This document shows positions 35,784 to 45,613 of a stretch of DNA of 64,000 nucleotides, in pieces (the stretch's first letter is position 1; every line of letters begins with the position of its first letter). Position numbers and translations under genes: made by a program. The DNA is taken from IMG/VR virus record IMGVR_UViG_3300027963_000045. One strand, 5' to 3'. This stretch comes from an uncultured virus (IMG/VR IMGVR_UViG_3300027963_000045). Its lineage: Duplodnaviria > Heunggongvirae > Uroviricota > Caudoviricetes. A model generated the notes under the pieces. That model made no database searches. It saw only the letters and a program-made list of their open reading frames with translations, and was not told where the DNA came from.

Positions 35784-36904
35784 TATTTTGTTTTGATCAA
35801 ATGGGTCAACCCAATCTTGCACAAGTAGACGACAATTATGACCACCATTGGCCCAGGGTTGTGCCTTTGAGATTATTGATGTACACTGACAATTACCAAA
35901 CAATACTAACCACTGCGTCATTTGATCATGCATGGTATCCAATTGGCATAGGTTGGTTTGATTTTTCGGTAGATTATTTTGCATTGATGAGTGCCATGGC
36001 CCAAGAAAAATTACGCACTGGCAAATTAACTGTGTTATTTTATTATCACGAAGGTGACAATCCTACTGTTATTAAACAGCGCATTGATAGTTTGGTTATG
36101 CAACATCAGTTATCTGCACATTGCTACAAATTTATCAGTGCCAATTCAAGTGCGCGACATCTTGATAACTTTTTGTATTTTCCCGATCATGAATTTTTCT
36201 TTAGAGTTACCAACCAAACTCAGTTGCCAGTAACAGTCAGTCCCACTCGCCCTTATAGATTCACTGCTATAAATCGATTACACAAGGTATGGCGTGCCGC
36301 ATGCATGAGCGACTTGTATCACCGTGGTATATTAGATCAAAGCTTGTGGAGTTACAACACTGCTAATCAATCCTGTTTAGACGAACACGCCGACAATCCT
36401 TTGGAACTAGACGCTGTTCCAAATTGGGATATTAGAATGGCACAGTTTCTTGAACTTACTCCGCACTATTGCGATAACCTTACCACAGCACAACACAACA
36501 ATCACAACTGGGTCAACACTGATTTGTACACACAGTCCTATTGTCATATTGTGTTTGAGACACTGTATGATGTAGATCGCAGTGGTGGTGCATTTATCAC
36601 TGAAAAAACTTGGAAGGCCATAAAATACGGGCAGCCGTTTGTGATAGTATCTGGTGCAGGCACACTAAGAGCTCTAAGAGATCTAGGGTATCGTACATTT
36701 GATTCAGTAATCAACAACACATATGACAGTATAGAAAACAATACTGATCGGTGGCTGGCCATTGTTGATACATTAAAGGCTCTACGTCTTGATGCTTCGT
36801 GGCTGGCAAAGTGCCAATCCGATATAGACCACAATCAAAAACATTTTGACAGCAGGAGTATCGACCCTGTAAATAGACTACTCGAGGAAATCCAATGTCA
36901 TTAG
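35780..36904 (+). CDS. Putative glycosyltransferase (GT10-like motif), paralog
   Basis: IVFET...ITEKTWKAI..QPF..GYRTF. Confidence 0.6.
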   Translation: MIFCFDQMGQPNLAQVDDNYDHHWPRVVPLRLLMYTDNYQTILTTASFDHAWYPIGIGWFDFSVDYFALMSAMAQEKLRTGKLTVLFYYHEGDNPTVIKQRIDSLVMQHQLSAHCYKFISANSSARHLDNFLYFPDHEFFFRVTNQTQLPVTVSPTRPYRFTAINRLHKVWRAACMSDLYHRGILDQSLWSYNTANQSCLDEHADNPLELDAVPNWDIRMAQFLELTPHYCDNLTTAQHNNHNWVNTDLYTQSYCHIVFETLYDVDRSGGAFITEKTWKAIKYGQPFVIVSGAGTLRALRDLGYRTFDSVINNTYDSIENNTDRWLAIVDTLKALRLDASWLAKCQSDIDHNQKHFDSRSIDPVNRLLEEIQCH

Positions 36905-37932
36905 TGCAAAGTTATACCAGCTGGCAACCATTAGAAGAAGTTATTGTGGGTCGTGTACACACCCCAGATTATTTTGACTTTATCGAAAACGCAGAAGTCC
37001 GTGAACAACTGGGTCAAATACTCAACGAAACTGCAGAAGACCTTGAAAACCTACAAAAAACAATCGAACAATACGGTGCCACAGTGCGTAGACCAAATCT
37101 GCCAGATATCGACTTGTTCAAACGTGGACAAATGAATCAACAATGGGCTCCGGTGCCTCCCTTGGTTCCCAGGGATTGGCAAATTACCCTAGGTGAAAAA
37201 TTACTTAGAGTTTTACACGTGGGCGAAATGGATGAAATCTGCAATGACTACGAACAGCACAATCCAGGCACTGTAATTGATCCACACCAGTACGGTTACG
37301 TAGACAATCATGTCATGACCAATGCAGTGGCCAGTTGCATTGTGCGTGTGGGTACCGATGTGTTCTTTGATCGCAGTGAGTGGCTCACTGAAGAACAAAT
37401 GCATTGGATTAGAGACAATGTGCTTGATCATCGCTATCGTGTGCATCGTGCTCAGACCAACGGTCACGGTGATAGTGTGTTTGCCATACTTAAACCCGGT
37501 GTTATTTTAAGTAGCTTGCACGACCATGACATTGACTATGGTACTAGCTTTCCTAGCTGGGAAGTCAAACGTATCTGGGATCCAAGCATTGTAGCTGCCA
37601 TGGAAGTGGGCAAGTTCAAATACGAAAACTTTAACGAACGTTGGTATGTACATGGCAGAGAACCCACTGCTGAATTTGCCGCATTTGTGGACACTTATCT
37701 CAACAAGTGGACTGGCTTTGTAGCCGAAACTGTGTTTGATGTTAACTGTTTGGTACTAGACGAACAGCATGTTATCTTCAGTGCCTACAACAAAACTGTT
37801 TTTGATTTTTGCAAGCAACACCATATTGAACCCATTATATGTGACATGCGGCACAAGTACTTCTTTGATTCAGGTATCAGTTGTTGCACACAAGACATTC
37901 GACGTCGTGGGCCGCTGGAAACTTATCTTTAA
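36895..37932 (+). CDS. Amidinotransferase-family protein
   Basis: WQPLEEVIVG, PRD, HGD, DVN, GISCCT (pentein fold signature). Confidence 0.8.
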   Translation: MSLVQSYTSWQPLEEVIVGRVHTPDYFDFIENAEVREQLGQILNETAEDLENLQKTIEQYGATVRRPNLPDIDLFKRGQMNQQWAPVPPLVPRDWQITLGEKLLRVLHVGEMDEICNDYEQHNPGTVIDPHQYGYVDNHVMTNAVASCIVRVGTDVFFDRSEWLTEEQMHWIRDNVLDHRYRVHRAQTNGHGDSVFAILKPGVILSSLHDHDIDYGTSFPSWEVKRIWDPSIVAAMEVGKFKYENFNERWYVHGREPTAEFAAFVDTYLNKWTGFVAETVFDVNCLVLDEQHVIFSAYNKTVFDFCKQHHIEPIICDMRHKYFFDSGISCCTQDIRRRGPLETYL

Positions 37933-38678
37933 GATAGTTCACGCACGATGCGGTTAACTGTGGCTGCACGTTGATTTTTGTTTTTCTCACCCAGAACAAC
38001 TACCACAAACTCGTGTCCCTGACGGTTTAATATCAATCCCATGCAAAATCCTGCAGGGTTTGTAAAACCTGTCTTGCTGACCACGATGTCCTTGAACTGT
38101 GAAAGTATGTTGTAGTTGGTGTTGATAAAACTCACAATGCGTTTCTTCTTTTGTGCTTCTAATCGTACTTCTTTCAGTGTGCTGATATTGCGTATGAGTT
38201 CGTATTGATTGGCTGCTCTAAGCATCACCCCAACTTCGTATGCAGTGCTGATATTGAACACACTCAGTCCTGATGGGTCCACAAAATGTGTATTGGTCAA
38301 GTTGAGTTCGTGAGCCTTGGAATTCATCATGAACATAAAGACACTGCGTCCGCCTGGATGATTTTCTGCCAGGGTTTCGGTAGCGGCATTATCGCTCTTG
38401 ACCAGCATGGCATGCAACAATTCAAGCCTTGAGTACTCGCGCTGTGGCAATTGTGTGCCTGCTCGTCGATTAATAGTTAACAGTTCACTCATGGACACCG
38501 AGCTGTCTAATACCACCATTGCTGTCATTAATTTGCTCAAACTGGCAATGGGGCGTTGTACGTCGTCGCCCTGTTGACTTATAATGCGATCATTAGACAA
38601 GTCGTAAACTAACGTAGCAGGCATGGCTTGAGCTGATAATGAAATCGCAGCCAGTAGTGCAATAACAAACTGTTTCAT
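37929..38678 (-). CDS. D-alanyl-D-alanine peptidase (S11, PbpG-like), secreted
   Basis: Signal peptide; SxxK (ASLSK), SDN, KTG. Confidence 0.92.
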   Translation of the reverse strand: MKQFVIALLAAISLSAQAMPATLVYDLSNDRIISQQGDDVQRPIASLSKLMTAMVVLDSSVSMSELLTINRRAGTQLPQREYSRLELLHAMLVKSDNAATETLAENHPGGRSVFMFMMNSKAHELNLTNTHFVDPSGLSVFNISTAYEVGVMLRAANQYELIRNISTLKEVRLEAQKKKRIVSFINTNYNILSQFKDIVVSKTGFTNPAGFCMGLILNRQGHEFVVVVLGEKNKNQRAATVNRIVRELS

Positions 38679-40171
38679 GATACCACTGTGACTCCGTATA
38701 ATTCTTCAAATCTGTCTGCATCAGCACGATCATTTACCATGGGTTCACCACGTATGTTTAAACTTGTATTAAGCAACATAGGACAGCCTGTTTCAGCGTA
38801 CCATGCTTCTAGTAGTTGTCTTATACCCGATCCGTCTGCAGGTACAGTTTGTACACGACTAGTTCCGTCGTGATGAATGATAGCAGGATATAGGTCGGGA
38901 TGCCGGCAACGGGCGATAACCTGCATATATCTACTGCTAGGAAAACCGCGAGGCATATCAAAATAATTGTCAACGTGCTCTTCCAAAATGACCGGGGCAA
39001 AGGGTCTAAACCGTTGTCTGCGTTTGATTTCGTTTACGCGATCCTTGATGTCTATGCCACGTGGGTCAGCAAGTAAACTACGGTTACCCAATGCGCGGGG
39101 TCCAAATTCGGCTCGTCCGCTAGCAACCCCAACAATTCCAGTATCCAGTAAATGCTCCATTGCATCATGGACAGGATAAGGGCCAGCAATGTGGCGACCC
39201 AAAAAAGCACTGTGCCAATGAACACGGCCACCGTGGGCAAGAGCGGCGGCGCCAAGACTAGAACCAGCATCACCAGGATTAGGTAGTATCCAAATTTTTT
39301 CAAAATAATCTCCAAGATGTCGATTGGCCAAGCAGTTTAACGCAACCCCGCCCATGTACACAAGATTTGTGCTCCAGTTGAACTCTCGAGCCCGGTGCAT
39401 GACACTATTAATTAGCTGTTCTGTCAAGGCCTGGGCTGATGCCGCAAGATGTTCATTGTGAGTAAAACACAACTCATGTTCGTCAAAACCAAGATGGAGA
39501 TTCTTTCTAAACTTTAGTTCGTTGACGTCTGCTACAAATTGTTCTTGCAGCCAGGCTGCGCCAAGATTGGATCCATATGCTGCCATGCCCATGGTGATGT
39601 ATTCTTCATCCATGGGTTTTAGTCCCACAGCTTTGGTAATAGCTGAATAAAACAGTCCAATGCTGTGCGGATAATATTGTCGCCAAAGACGTCGGTAGCA
39701 GGCTTTTCCGTCTATGTATTCTGCACCCCAAATGCTGATAGTGTCCCATTCGCCAATGGCATCAATAACCACAACAGTGGCACGGTCATACGGTGATGTT
39801 TGAAATCCTGCGGCAGCATGACTAAGGTGATGATTGTAGTTTTTAACAGTGACATCACTCAAATTGAATGCGGGTATTTGGGCAGACAAGATACTTTTAA
39901 CTGACAGTTTGTCCCATTCAATCCCTTGACCACTATAAAACTGCCTTAGTTGCTTATACACAGGCCGCTCGTAATAGGCCACTGTGGAAATGCCGTGATC
40001 AAGGTGCGCTGTTGATGCCACAGCATCATTGATTAGATCTGGGCAAATGTCAGCATCGTTTTTCTTTTTACTGTAGCGTTCACTGTGCCCGGCAAAAAGT
40101 ATTTCGCCCCGAGAACTAATCACGGTGGCGCTGGCATCATGAAACCCAGCCGAGATTCCTAATATGTTCAT
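38675..40171 (-). CDS. Carbamoyltransferase (NodU/CmcH family)
   Basis: HDAS, HHLSHAA, DAIGE, GGVALNC, PGDAG, EFGPRALGNRS, RPFAP, NTSLN. Confidence 0.95.
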   Translation of the reverse strand: MNILGISAGFHDASATVISSRGEILFAGHSERYSKKKNDADICPDLINDAVASTAHLDHGISTVAYYERPVYKQLRQFYSGQGIEWDKLSVKSILSAQIPAFNLSDVTVKNYNHHLSHAAAGFQTSPYDRATVVVIDAIGEWDTISIWGAEYIDGKACYRRLWRQYYPHSIGLFYSAITKAVGLKPMDEEYITMGMAAYGSNLGAAWLQEQFVADVNELKFRKNLHLGFDEHELCFTHNEHLAASAQALTEQLINSVMHRAREFNWSTNLVYMGGVALNCLANRHLGDYFEKIWILPNPGDAGSSLGAAALAHGGRVHWHSAFLGRHIAGPYPVHDAMEHLLDTGIVGVASGRAEFGPRALGNRSLLADPRGIDIKDRVNEIKRRQRFRPFAPVILEEHVDNYFDMPRGFPSSRYMQVIARCRHPDLYPAIIHHDGTSRVQTVPADGSGIRQLLEAWYAETGCPMLLNTSLNIRGEPMVNDRADADRFEELYGVTVVS

Positions 40172-40694
40172 TGATTTTGCTCGCTATTCTTTTGTGTCCT
40201 TGTTCCAATGGATGTCCGCCGGGCCCTTTATCACAGTCCCCCATCCACTCAATTATGCCCTGGTCAGGCCAACCTAGATAGTTGTCTGGTGCAGGTCCGG
40301 ATAACTGTGTTTGCAGATCAAATGTGCTTAAAAACACATAAGGAATATTTTTAGATTTTAAATATCCCCCAAGCAAATGCACTTGATTGCAAAACTTATT
40401 CAACGCCCACTCTTGATTCCATTGTTGAAATACTTCTTTAATTATAGCACCATGCTCGGCATGACTACTAGCAGTTAGGTGATATCCGTTTATTTCAATT
40501 CTAGCCGGAGTGGTCCAAGCAATTATGGCATGAGTAATTGTACCCCGATCTTCGATATAGTCCACAGTACTACGAACAATATAATCATTAGAGGCAGCTG
40601 CACGTGCCAAATTTATTGTGTTTGCAATCAAAGTTGGCCAGGCCACAGTACTCTCTGCGCCGGCTGTAAAGCTATCACCGTTCACCAAAATCAT
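40137..40694 (-). CDS. SGNH/GDSL-like hydrolase-fold protein
   Basis: GDSFT, SN, GGHP..GH. Confidence 0.7.
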   Translation of the reverse strand: MILVNGDSFTAGAESTVAWPTLIANTINLARAAASNDYIVRSTVDYIEDRGTITHAIIAWTTPARIEINGYHLTASSHAEHGAIIKEVFQQWNQEWALNKFCNQVHLLGGYLKSKNIPYVFLSTFDLQTQLSGPAPDNYLGWPDQGIIEWMGDCDKGPGGHPLEQGHKRIASKINEHIRNLGWVS

Positions 40695-40792
40695 TTGTAG
40701 ATAAATGGATCACGTTTTCTAAGCTCTTTGAGCTTGCGACGATATTGTACTTCTAGTCGAATTCTGTTTATAATGTTAATTAACCATTTCAT
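40691..40792 (-). CDS. 33-aa peptide ending RKRDPFIYK
   Basis: Read manually; ATGA overlaps on both sides. Confidence 0.7.
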   Translation of the reverse strand: MKWLINIINRIRLEVQYRRKLKELRKRDPFIYK

Positions 40793-41877
40793 TGTGTGTT
40801 CCTTGTTTGATAGTCATATCCCGGACGCATCAAATTGATTTGTTGCTGTTCGTAATCTGAATCATTCCAGCAGTAGTCATACACTGCTTGAACTCCGTCA
40901 ACTTCTATGGAGTATATATCTAAATGTTCACCCAGTATACTCCATATCTTGGCATGATCTGTTGTGCCAAAACTTTGTTCTAGATTGACTTGTCCCACGG
41001 GCAAATAACCTAGACTGAGCTTGGGGTCCCGGGGGTCTAGACCATTTTCAATCAACCATTCCCGGAATGCACCAATTGTTTTATTGTGCCAAGTATGTGC
41101 GCCGCCCAGCGTGATGTTGTTGCCCCACTCAATATCAAACTCGCCCGAGTAGTATTCTAAATGCGTTATTGCTTCGCACACAGCGGCAGTTAACTCTGGT
41201 GCACCTTCGTCTCTGAACACTTCCATCAGTGTTTTTCCAATCTGTGCCCAGTGCATGTATACCCCACCCAGCACACGATCATAACCATTAGTGACAAAGC
41301 CCTCGCGATGTTGATCCTGCAACGGGTAGCGTGGTGCATTGATCCATGTGGTAATTTGACTGGGACGTAACCAATAAAAGTTAGTGGCTGCTTTACGTAA
41401 TCCCAGTATGAGATTTTCCATTTCATGACAGATCAAATTCAGCTGTCTTATGGCATACTTTGTTTGATAGTCGGCGCCACGGTACCAGGCGCTTAGATTG
41501 TTCACTGTGCCTTGTAACACTTCAAAATGATTGTGTAACTGATTAAACAATTCGTGATTTACACCCATGGGACTGTGATCTGTGGCAAACACATTCTCCG
41601 GGGTAAAGTGTTCAGCTATGTGATATCCGGGCAAATTGTTGTTGACCACAGCAATGTGTCTATTAACCTGCTCGCACAAATAAGGTATGTCACGAGCTGT
41701 TGTGGGGAAACCCATGAAACAAAAATTCTTTTCCAACAAACAAGAACTTTGTAATAATGATTTTAATGCCTGCACCCAGGCCCAGGCCAAGGCATGATCT
41801 TGCACATCAATATAGTATGCATGCAGCCGAGACTTGTCTACTGGATTTCTCAGTGTTACTTTAACTTGGGATGTCAT
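40789..41877 (-). CDS. Hypothetical protein
   Basis: 362 aa; NQLHNHFE..QG, LICHEME. Confidence 0.75.
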   Translation of the reverse strand: MTSQVKVTLRNPVDKSRLHAYYIDVQDHALAWAWVQALKSLLQSSCLLEKNFCFMGFPTTARDIPYLCEQVNRHIAVVNNNLPGYHIAEHFTPENVFATDHSPMGVNHELFNQLHNHFEVLQGTVNNLSAWYRGADYQTKYAIRQLNLICHEMENLILGLRKAATNFYWLRPSQITTWINAPRYPLQDQHREGFVTNGYDRVLGGVYMHWAQIGKTLMEVFRDEGAPELTAAVCEAITHLEYYSGEFDIEWGNNITLGGAHTWHNKTIGAFREWLIENGLDPRDPKLSLGYLPVGQVNLEQSFGTTDHAKIWSILGEHLDIYSIEVDGVQAVYDYCWNDSDYEQQQINLMRPGYDYQTRNTQ

Positions 41878-43159
41878 TCCACCATTTTCCTATGTCTGCA
41901 CGTTGTGATAAGATTTGTGCCATGTCAGTATCAGCTGATCTTATGCTTTCTAAACGCAGTACTCTACGCTTGCCACGAATCACAGCGTCTTGATATTGAT
42001 CCGGCCACTGTTCCGCAAACGTGGGTCGATTCTTTAACTGTAACAGCACATCACGCATGGCTCCCGAACTCTTGGCAGCCAGTTCATCCGCCCAGGGTGT
42101 CAACAACTCACGTGGCAATGCCAAGGGACTCATTACAATGTCCGGGCTAAAGCTAAAGATTACCTTGGCCAATACGTCCACGCCTAATTGCTGTGCCAAC
42201 TGATTGATATTTTCAACTTCAAACATGCCTGGAAGAGTAAGTGTAAAGTCCAGTCTCATTTGTCTAGGGTGCTTTGCGTACTGTGTTCCGAGTTCAAAGT
42301 TTTGTTTGAATTTCGAGTAGTCAAGCCCTGTTCTAATGTACTCACCGATTGATCCAGTGCCGTCAATGCTTGCGCAAATTTGCCAATCTCGTACGTGAGC
42401 CAAAATATCGCTATAAAGATTACACCCCCGATAATCAACTCTGCTGAGATTGGTGTTGTATCTAGCGTAAACACGTGGTCCATCTCCTAATTCAATGATC
42501 CTGCGCATGTAGCGCCAGTGCTGTTCATACATGAGAGGCTCTCCTCCTACCCAGTATATTTCTTCCACACGATGTTGTTCCACAGCTTCGGCAAACTCTG
42601 CTTCAATTTGACTGTCTTGAAACTGGCTTATTTGTTCACGTACCGCAGGTTTCATCCAGTTGTTTTTGGCGTCGGCCCAGTTGATCATGTCATGCTGTCG
42701 CTGTTCACTTTCCCATGAACTGCTCAACATGTCCCCACAGGTTCTGCATTTAAAATTACAGAGATTTGAAAAACGATAGTCCCAGGATACAGGCTGCATT
42801 GTGGTCGAACCTGTTGCGTCTGTTGTACGTGCTATGTCATCGTACTTGTGTCGGAACAAATGCCAGAAATAAGTTCTATATACGTCGGTGTTTAACAGTT
42901 TTGAATTGCACACATCACATTCAGGAAGCGTTTCCCCGGCCATCATGCGTCTGCGCACACTTCGCATGTGTTCCGAATTCCAGTGTTGCTCCAGCGTGAC
43001 GGGCATGTATTTGCCTGTGCCCTGTGCTGTGTCTATGTACTGTGTAAAGCTCTGTGCAGGTTCCCGCGACGCACAACACATGCGTCGTTCTGTTTGTGGA
43101 CTTAGGTACGTGTGCGTCCACGGTGCCATGCACAATGTATCAGGTTTTGTCATAATCAA
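41861..43159 (-). CDS. Radical SAM with N-terminal SPASM/twitch-like Cys cluster
   Basis: CMAPW...CC...CDVC; CNFKCRTC; GGEP; NTN. Confidence 0.9.
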   Translation of the reverse strand: MIMTKPDTLCMAPWTHTYLSPQTERRMCCASREPAQSFTQYIDTAQGTGKYMPVTLEQHWNSEHMRSVRRRMMAGETLPECDVCNSKLLNTDVYRTYFWHLFRHKYDDIARTTDATGSTTMQPVSWDYRFSNLCNFKCRTCGDMLSSSWESEQRQHDMINWADAKNNWMKPAVREQISQFQDSQIEAEFAEAVEQHRVEEIYWVGGEPLMYEQHWRYMRRIIELGDGPRVYARYNTNLSRVDYRGCNLYSDILAHVRDWQICASIDGTGSIGEYIRTGLDYSKFKQNFELGTQYAKHPRQMRLDFTLTLPGMFEVENINQLAQQLGVDVLAKVIFSFSPDIVMSPLALPRELLTPWADELAAKSSGAMRDVLLQLKNRPTFAEQWPDQYQDAVIRGKRRVLRLESIRSADTDMAQILSQRADIGKWWNDIPS

Positions 43160-44351
43160 TTAAAAAGGCCAATTCAGGGGCAACATCACATAGGTTTTGA
43201 TTTCTACGTTGATCCACTAGACGAATGTTGTCTCTTAACACACGCCCACTGTCGGTTGCACCATTTGTCATGAAATCAACAATGCGGTCAAATTCCTCAC
43301 GATATTGATCGGGAATCTGTGCATTGCGTAAATGATATCTAATACCTTGCTTGGCCTTTTCAGGCAAGGAAGCAATAGAGAAATACCAAGCATCGTGCAT
43401 CATGTTCCAGTACACAAAGTCAAAATCCTGTGTCACAATCCAACGAGCCACTTGATCCAAGTAGCATATATTAAACACATTCACAGTGGTACAGCATTGC
43501 AGTCTAAGTCCGGGTATGCTGTGTTTCAAGTCTTGGAAACGACGAATGTTGTGTTCAACTTCGTGCCAACGAGCGTTTGTACGTTGATATTCAAACCGTG
43601 CGCCTAGATCATCTATGCTAAATGCCACTTCCACTGTGCGAAAATGACGCCAAATTTCTGCAGCCTGTTCAGGAAACACAGTGCCATTTGTATTGTAATG
43701 TATTTCTACATTTTGTGCAATACCACGATTTACAATGCCCTGTAACATCGCAAAGTGTTCGGCAATTAAAAATGGCTCGCCGCCAGTGAATTCAATATAG
43801 CGTATGTCTGACAGATTGTTTTCAATTTCCTGCCAAAACTGCGGACTGGATCTGGGCCAGGCGCCTGCACGTAGCATGTTGTGATGAAAGGTGCCACGAC
43901 GTTGATCCGATGGCAATGCTTGTAGTTCCTCTGTGGCATATTGACTTGAACTCCAGGATCCGCAAATGCGGCATTTTAAATTGCAGATATTGCCCAACTT
44001 GAGATCCAAAAACATCAAAGGTCGTGCATCTACTGTCCAAGGTTGATCTTGCACAATATGCTTGAGTCGCTCCAAGGTGTGCATGCGTTTGCTGGTACGC
44101 CCACTATCTTCTTCGGCCCAACAGCGTCTACAGGTTTCTGGCTGTACACCATCAAGAAACTGCTGTCGCAAAGTTTGCATGTCACTGCTGTGTCTTATGG
44201 TGTCAAAACTGGCGGTGGCCAGTTCAAACTTGTTGCCGGCATCATCACACAGCTCATGATCAGCCAGACAGCAGGGGCGTACAGTGCCAATAGGTGAAGC
44301 TTCCATGCTGATCCAGGGCAAAACACAGAATTTAGAGTGTGGTAATTTCAT
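43140..44351 (-). CDS. Radical SAM with N-terminal SPASM/twitch-like cluster
   Basis: CVLPW...CC...CRRC; CNLKCRIC; TGGEP. Confidence 0.9.
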   Translation of the reverse strand: MKLPHSKFCVLPWISMEASPIGTVRPCCLADHELCDDAGNKFELATASFDTIRHSSDMQTLRQQFLDGVQPETCRRCWAEEDSGRTSKRMHTLERLKHIVQDQPWTVDARPLMFLDLKLGNICNLKCRICGSWSSSQYATEELQALPSDQRRGTFHHNMLRAGAWPRSSPQFWQEIENNLSDIRYIEFTGGEPFLIAEHFAMLQGIVNRGIAQNVEIHYNTNGTVFPEQAAEIWRHFRTVEVAFSIDDLGARFEYQRTNARWHEVEHNIRRFQDLKHSIPGLRLQCCTTVNVFNICYLDQVARWIVTQDFDFVYWNMMHDAWYFSIASLPEKAKQGIRYHLRNAQIPDQYREEFDRIVDFMTNGATDSGRVLRDNIRLVDQRRNQNLCDVAPELAFLIDYDKT

Positions 44352-45613
44352 AAAAGAGCCTGTAATTCCGGCAGTGCATTTTGCCAATGCTCATTTCGAA
44401 TCGAATCCAACTCATGTGTTTTACGCCAGAATGAATCAATTAAATGAGTATTGTCTGTGGCATTCATAAACGTGATAGCTGATTCAAACCCCACTGTGGC
44501 ACGATTTAGAGGATCACGACCAGACAACCAATTGTCTATATGATCTCGATAACGTGCAGTTAGCCGAGCTTTGTATTCTGCAGGTGCTATATCTATTCTA
44601 TAGTATGCAGGGTCTTGCAGAATGTTTACATTTAGATCCTGCGCACGTATTAATCCAGCAGCCGTCCACTCACGGTGAAAGCTGGGCAGGTGCCAGGCGT
44701 TTAATATGCTCAGTGTGGGGCTGATATAAAAGTCCACACCTGGACAAATTCTCAGCATGTCATGACGATTTTTTACAACATCAGCCCACCGAGTACCTTT
44801 GCGTATGTATTCAGCAGGATGACCCATGCCATCTAGACTGGCTCCCACAGCAACACTTTTGAATTCACGCCAGTACTCAAACACACTTTGACCTTTTAAA
44901 TCGGTGTGTGTAAAGTTTGTATTGTATATCAGTCTGACGTCATCACGTCCTCGGCTCAATAACTCTTTGAGAATACGATAGTGCTCTTCCATCAACAATG
45001 GCTCACCGCCAGCAAAATAGATTTGCTCTACATAGTCCAAATGGGGTTCTAGCTGTTCCCACATGTCTGTTTCTGTACGGCCAGCATAGTTTAGCACAGT
45101 GTTACGGTCCTTCCAGTCACCGCCGGCCAATTTGGCTTGATCTTGATACCATTGGCTACTGAAAATATGCCCACAACTGCGACATTTCAGGTTGCAAAGA
45201 TTGCTGAAACGAATATCCCAGTATGTCATTTCAAAAGGATTTGTTTCTAGTTTTTTGATATGGTGCCCGTGATGCTTGTTGGCTGATTTTCGTCCACTAA
45301 AGAATCCTGACTGTTCCTGTTCATAGCAACGTGTGCAGGCCGGATGTGGTGTTTCACTCAGCATATCTTCTCGTAGCTGTTGCATGGGTTCGCCACGCCA
45401 TATTTGTTCCAGCGTGTGTGTGCGACAATTGCCCACAACGCCAGGTTTCATTTCGGCGTGACAGCAGGGATATGCTTCGCCTGTGGGGTAAGCATGTAGG
45501 TGTATCCAGGGATAGATGCAAAAGGTTTTGGAATCTCGTAATAAAAATTCCTCACGTTCAGTCAGTTCAATTGGACGAACTAGATCTGCTGAATTATAAT
45601 TGTATTGAGTCAT
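44348..45613 (-). CDS. Radical SAM with N-terminal SPASM/twitch-like cluster
   Basis: CIYPW...CC...CTRC; CNLKCRSC; AGGEP. Confidence 0.9.
   Translation of the reverse strand: MTQYNYNSADLVRPIELTEREEFLLRDSKTFCIYPWIHLHAYPTGEAYPCCHAEMKPGVVGNCRTHTLEQIWRGEPMQQLREDMLSETPHPACTRCYEQEQSGFFSGRKSANKHHGHHIKKLETNPFEMTYWDIRFSNLCNLKCRSCGHIFSSQWYQDQAKLAGGDWKDRNTVLNYAGRTETDMWEQLEPHLDYVEQIYFAGGEPLLMEEHYRILKELLSRGRDDVRLIYNTNFTHTDLKGQSVFEYWREFKSVAVGASLDGMGHPAEYIRKGTRWADVVKNRHDMLRICPGVDFYISPTLSILNAWHLPSFHREWTAAGLIRAQDLNVNILQDPAYYRIDIAPAEYKARLTARYRDHIDNWLSGRDPLNRATVGFESAITFMNATDNTHLIDSFWRKTHELDSIRNEHWQNALPELQALL

Noticed and set aside
36895..40171. Saxitoxin or aminoglycoside biosynthesis cluster
   Set aside because: Amidinotransferase and carbamoyltransferase are present, but the PKS/core scaffold genes are not; only family-level similarity.
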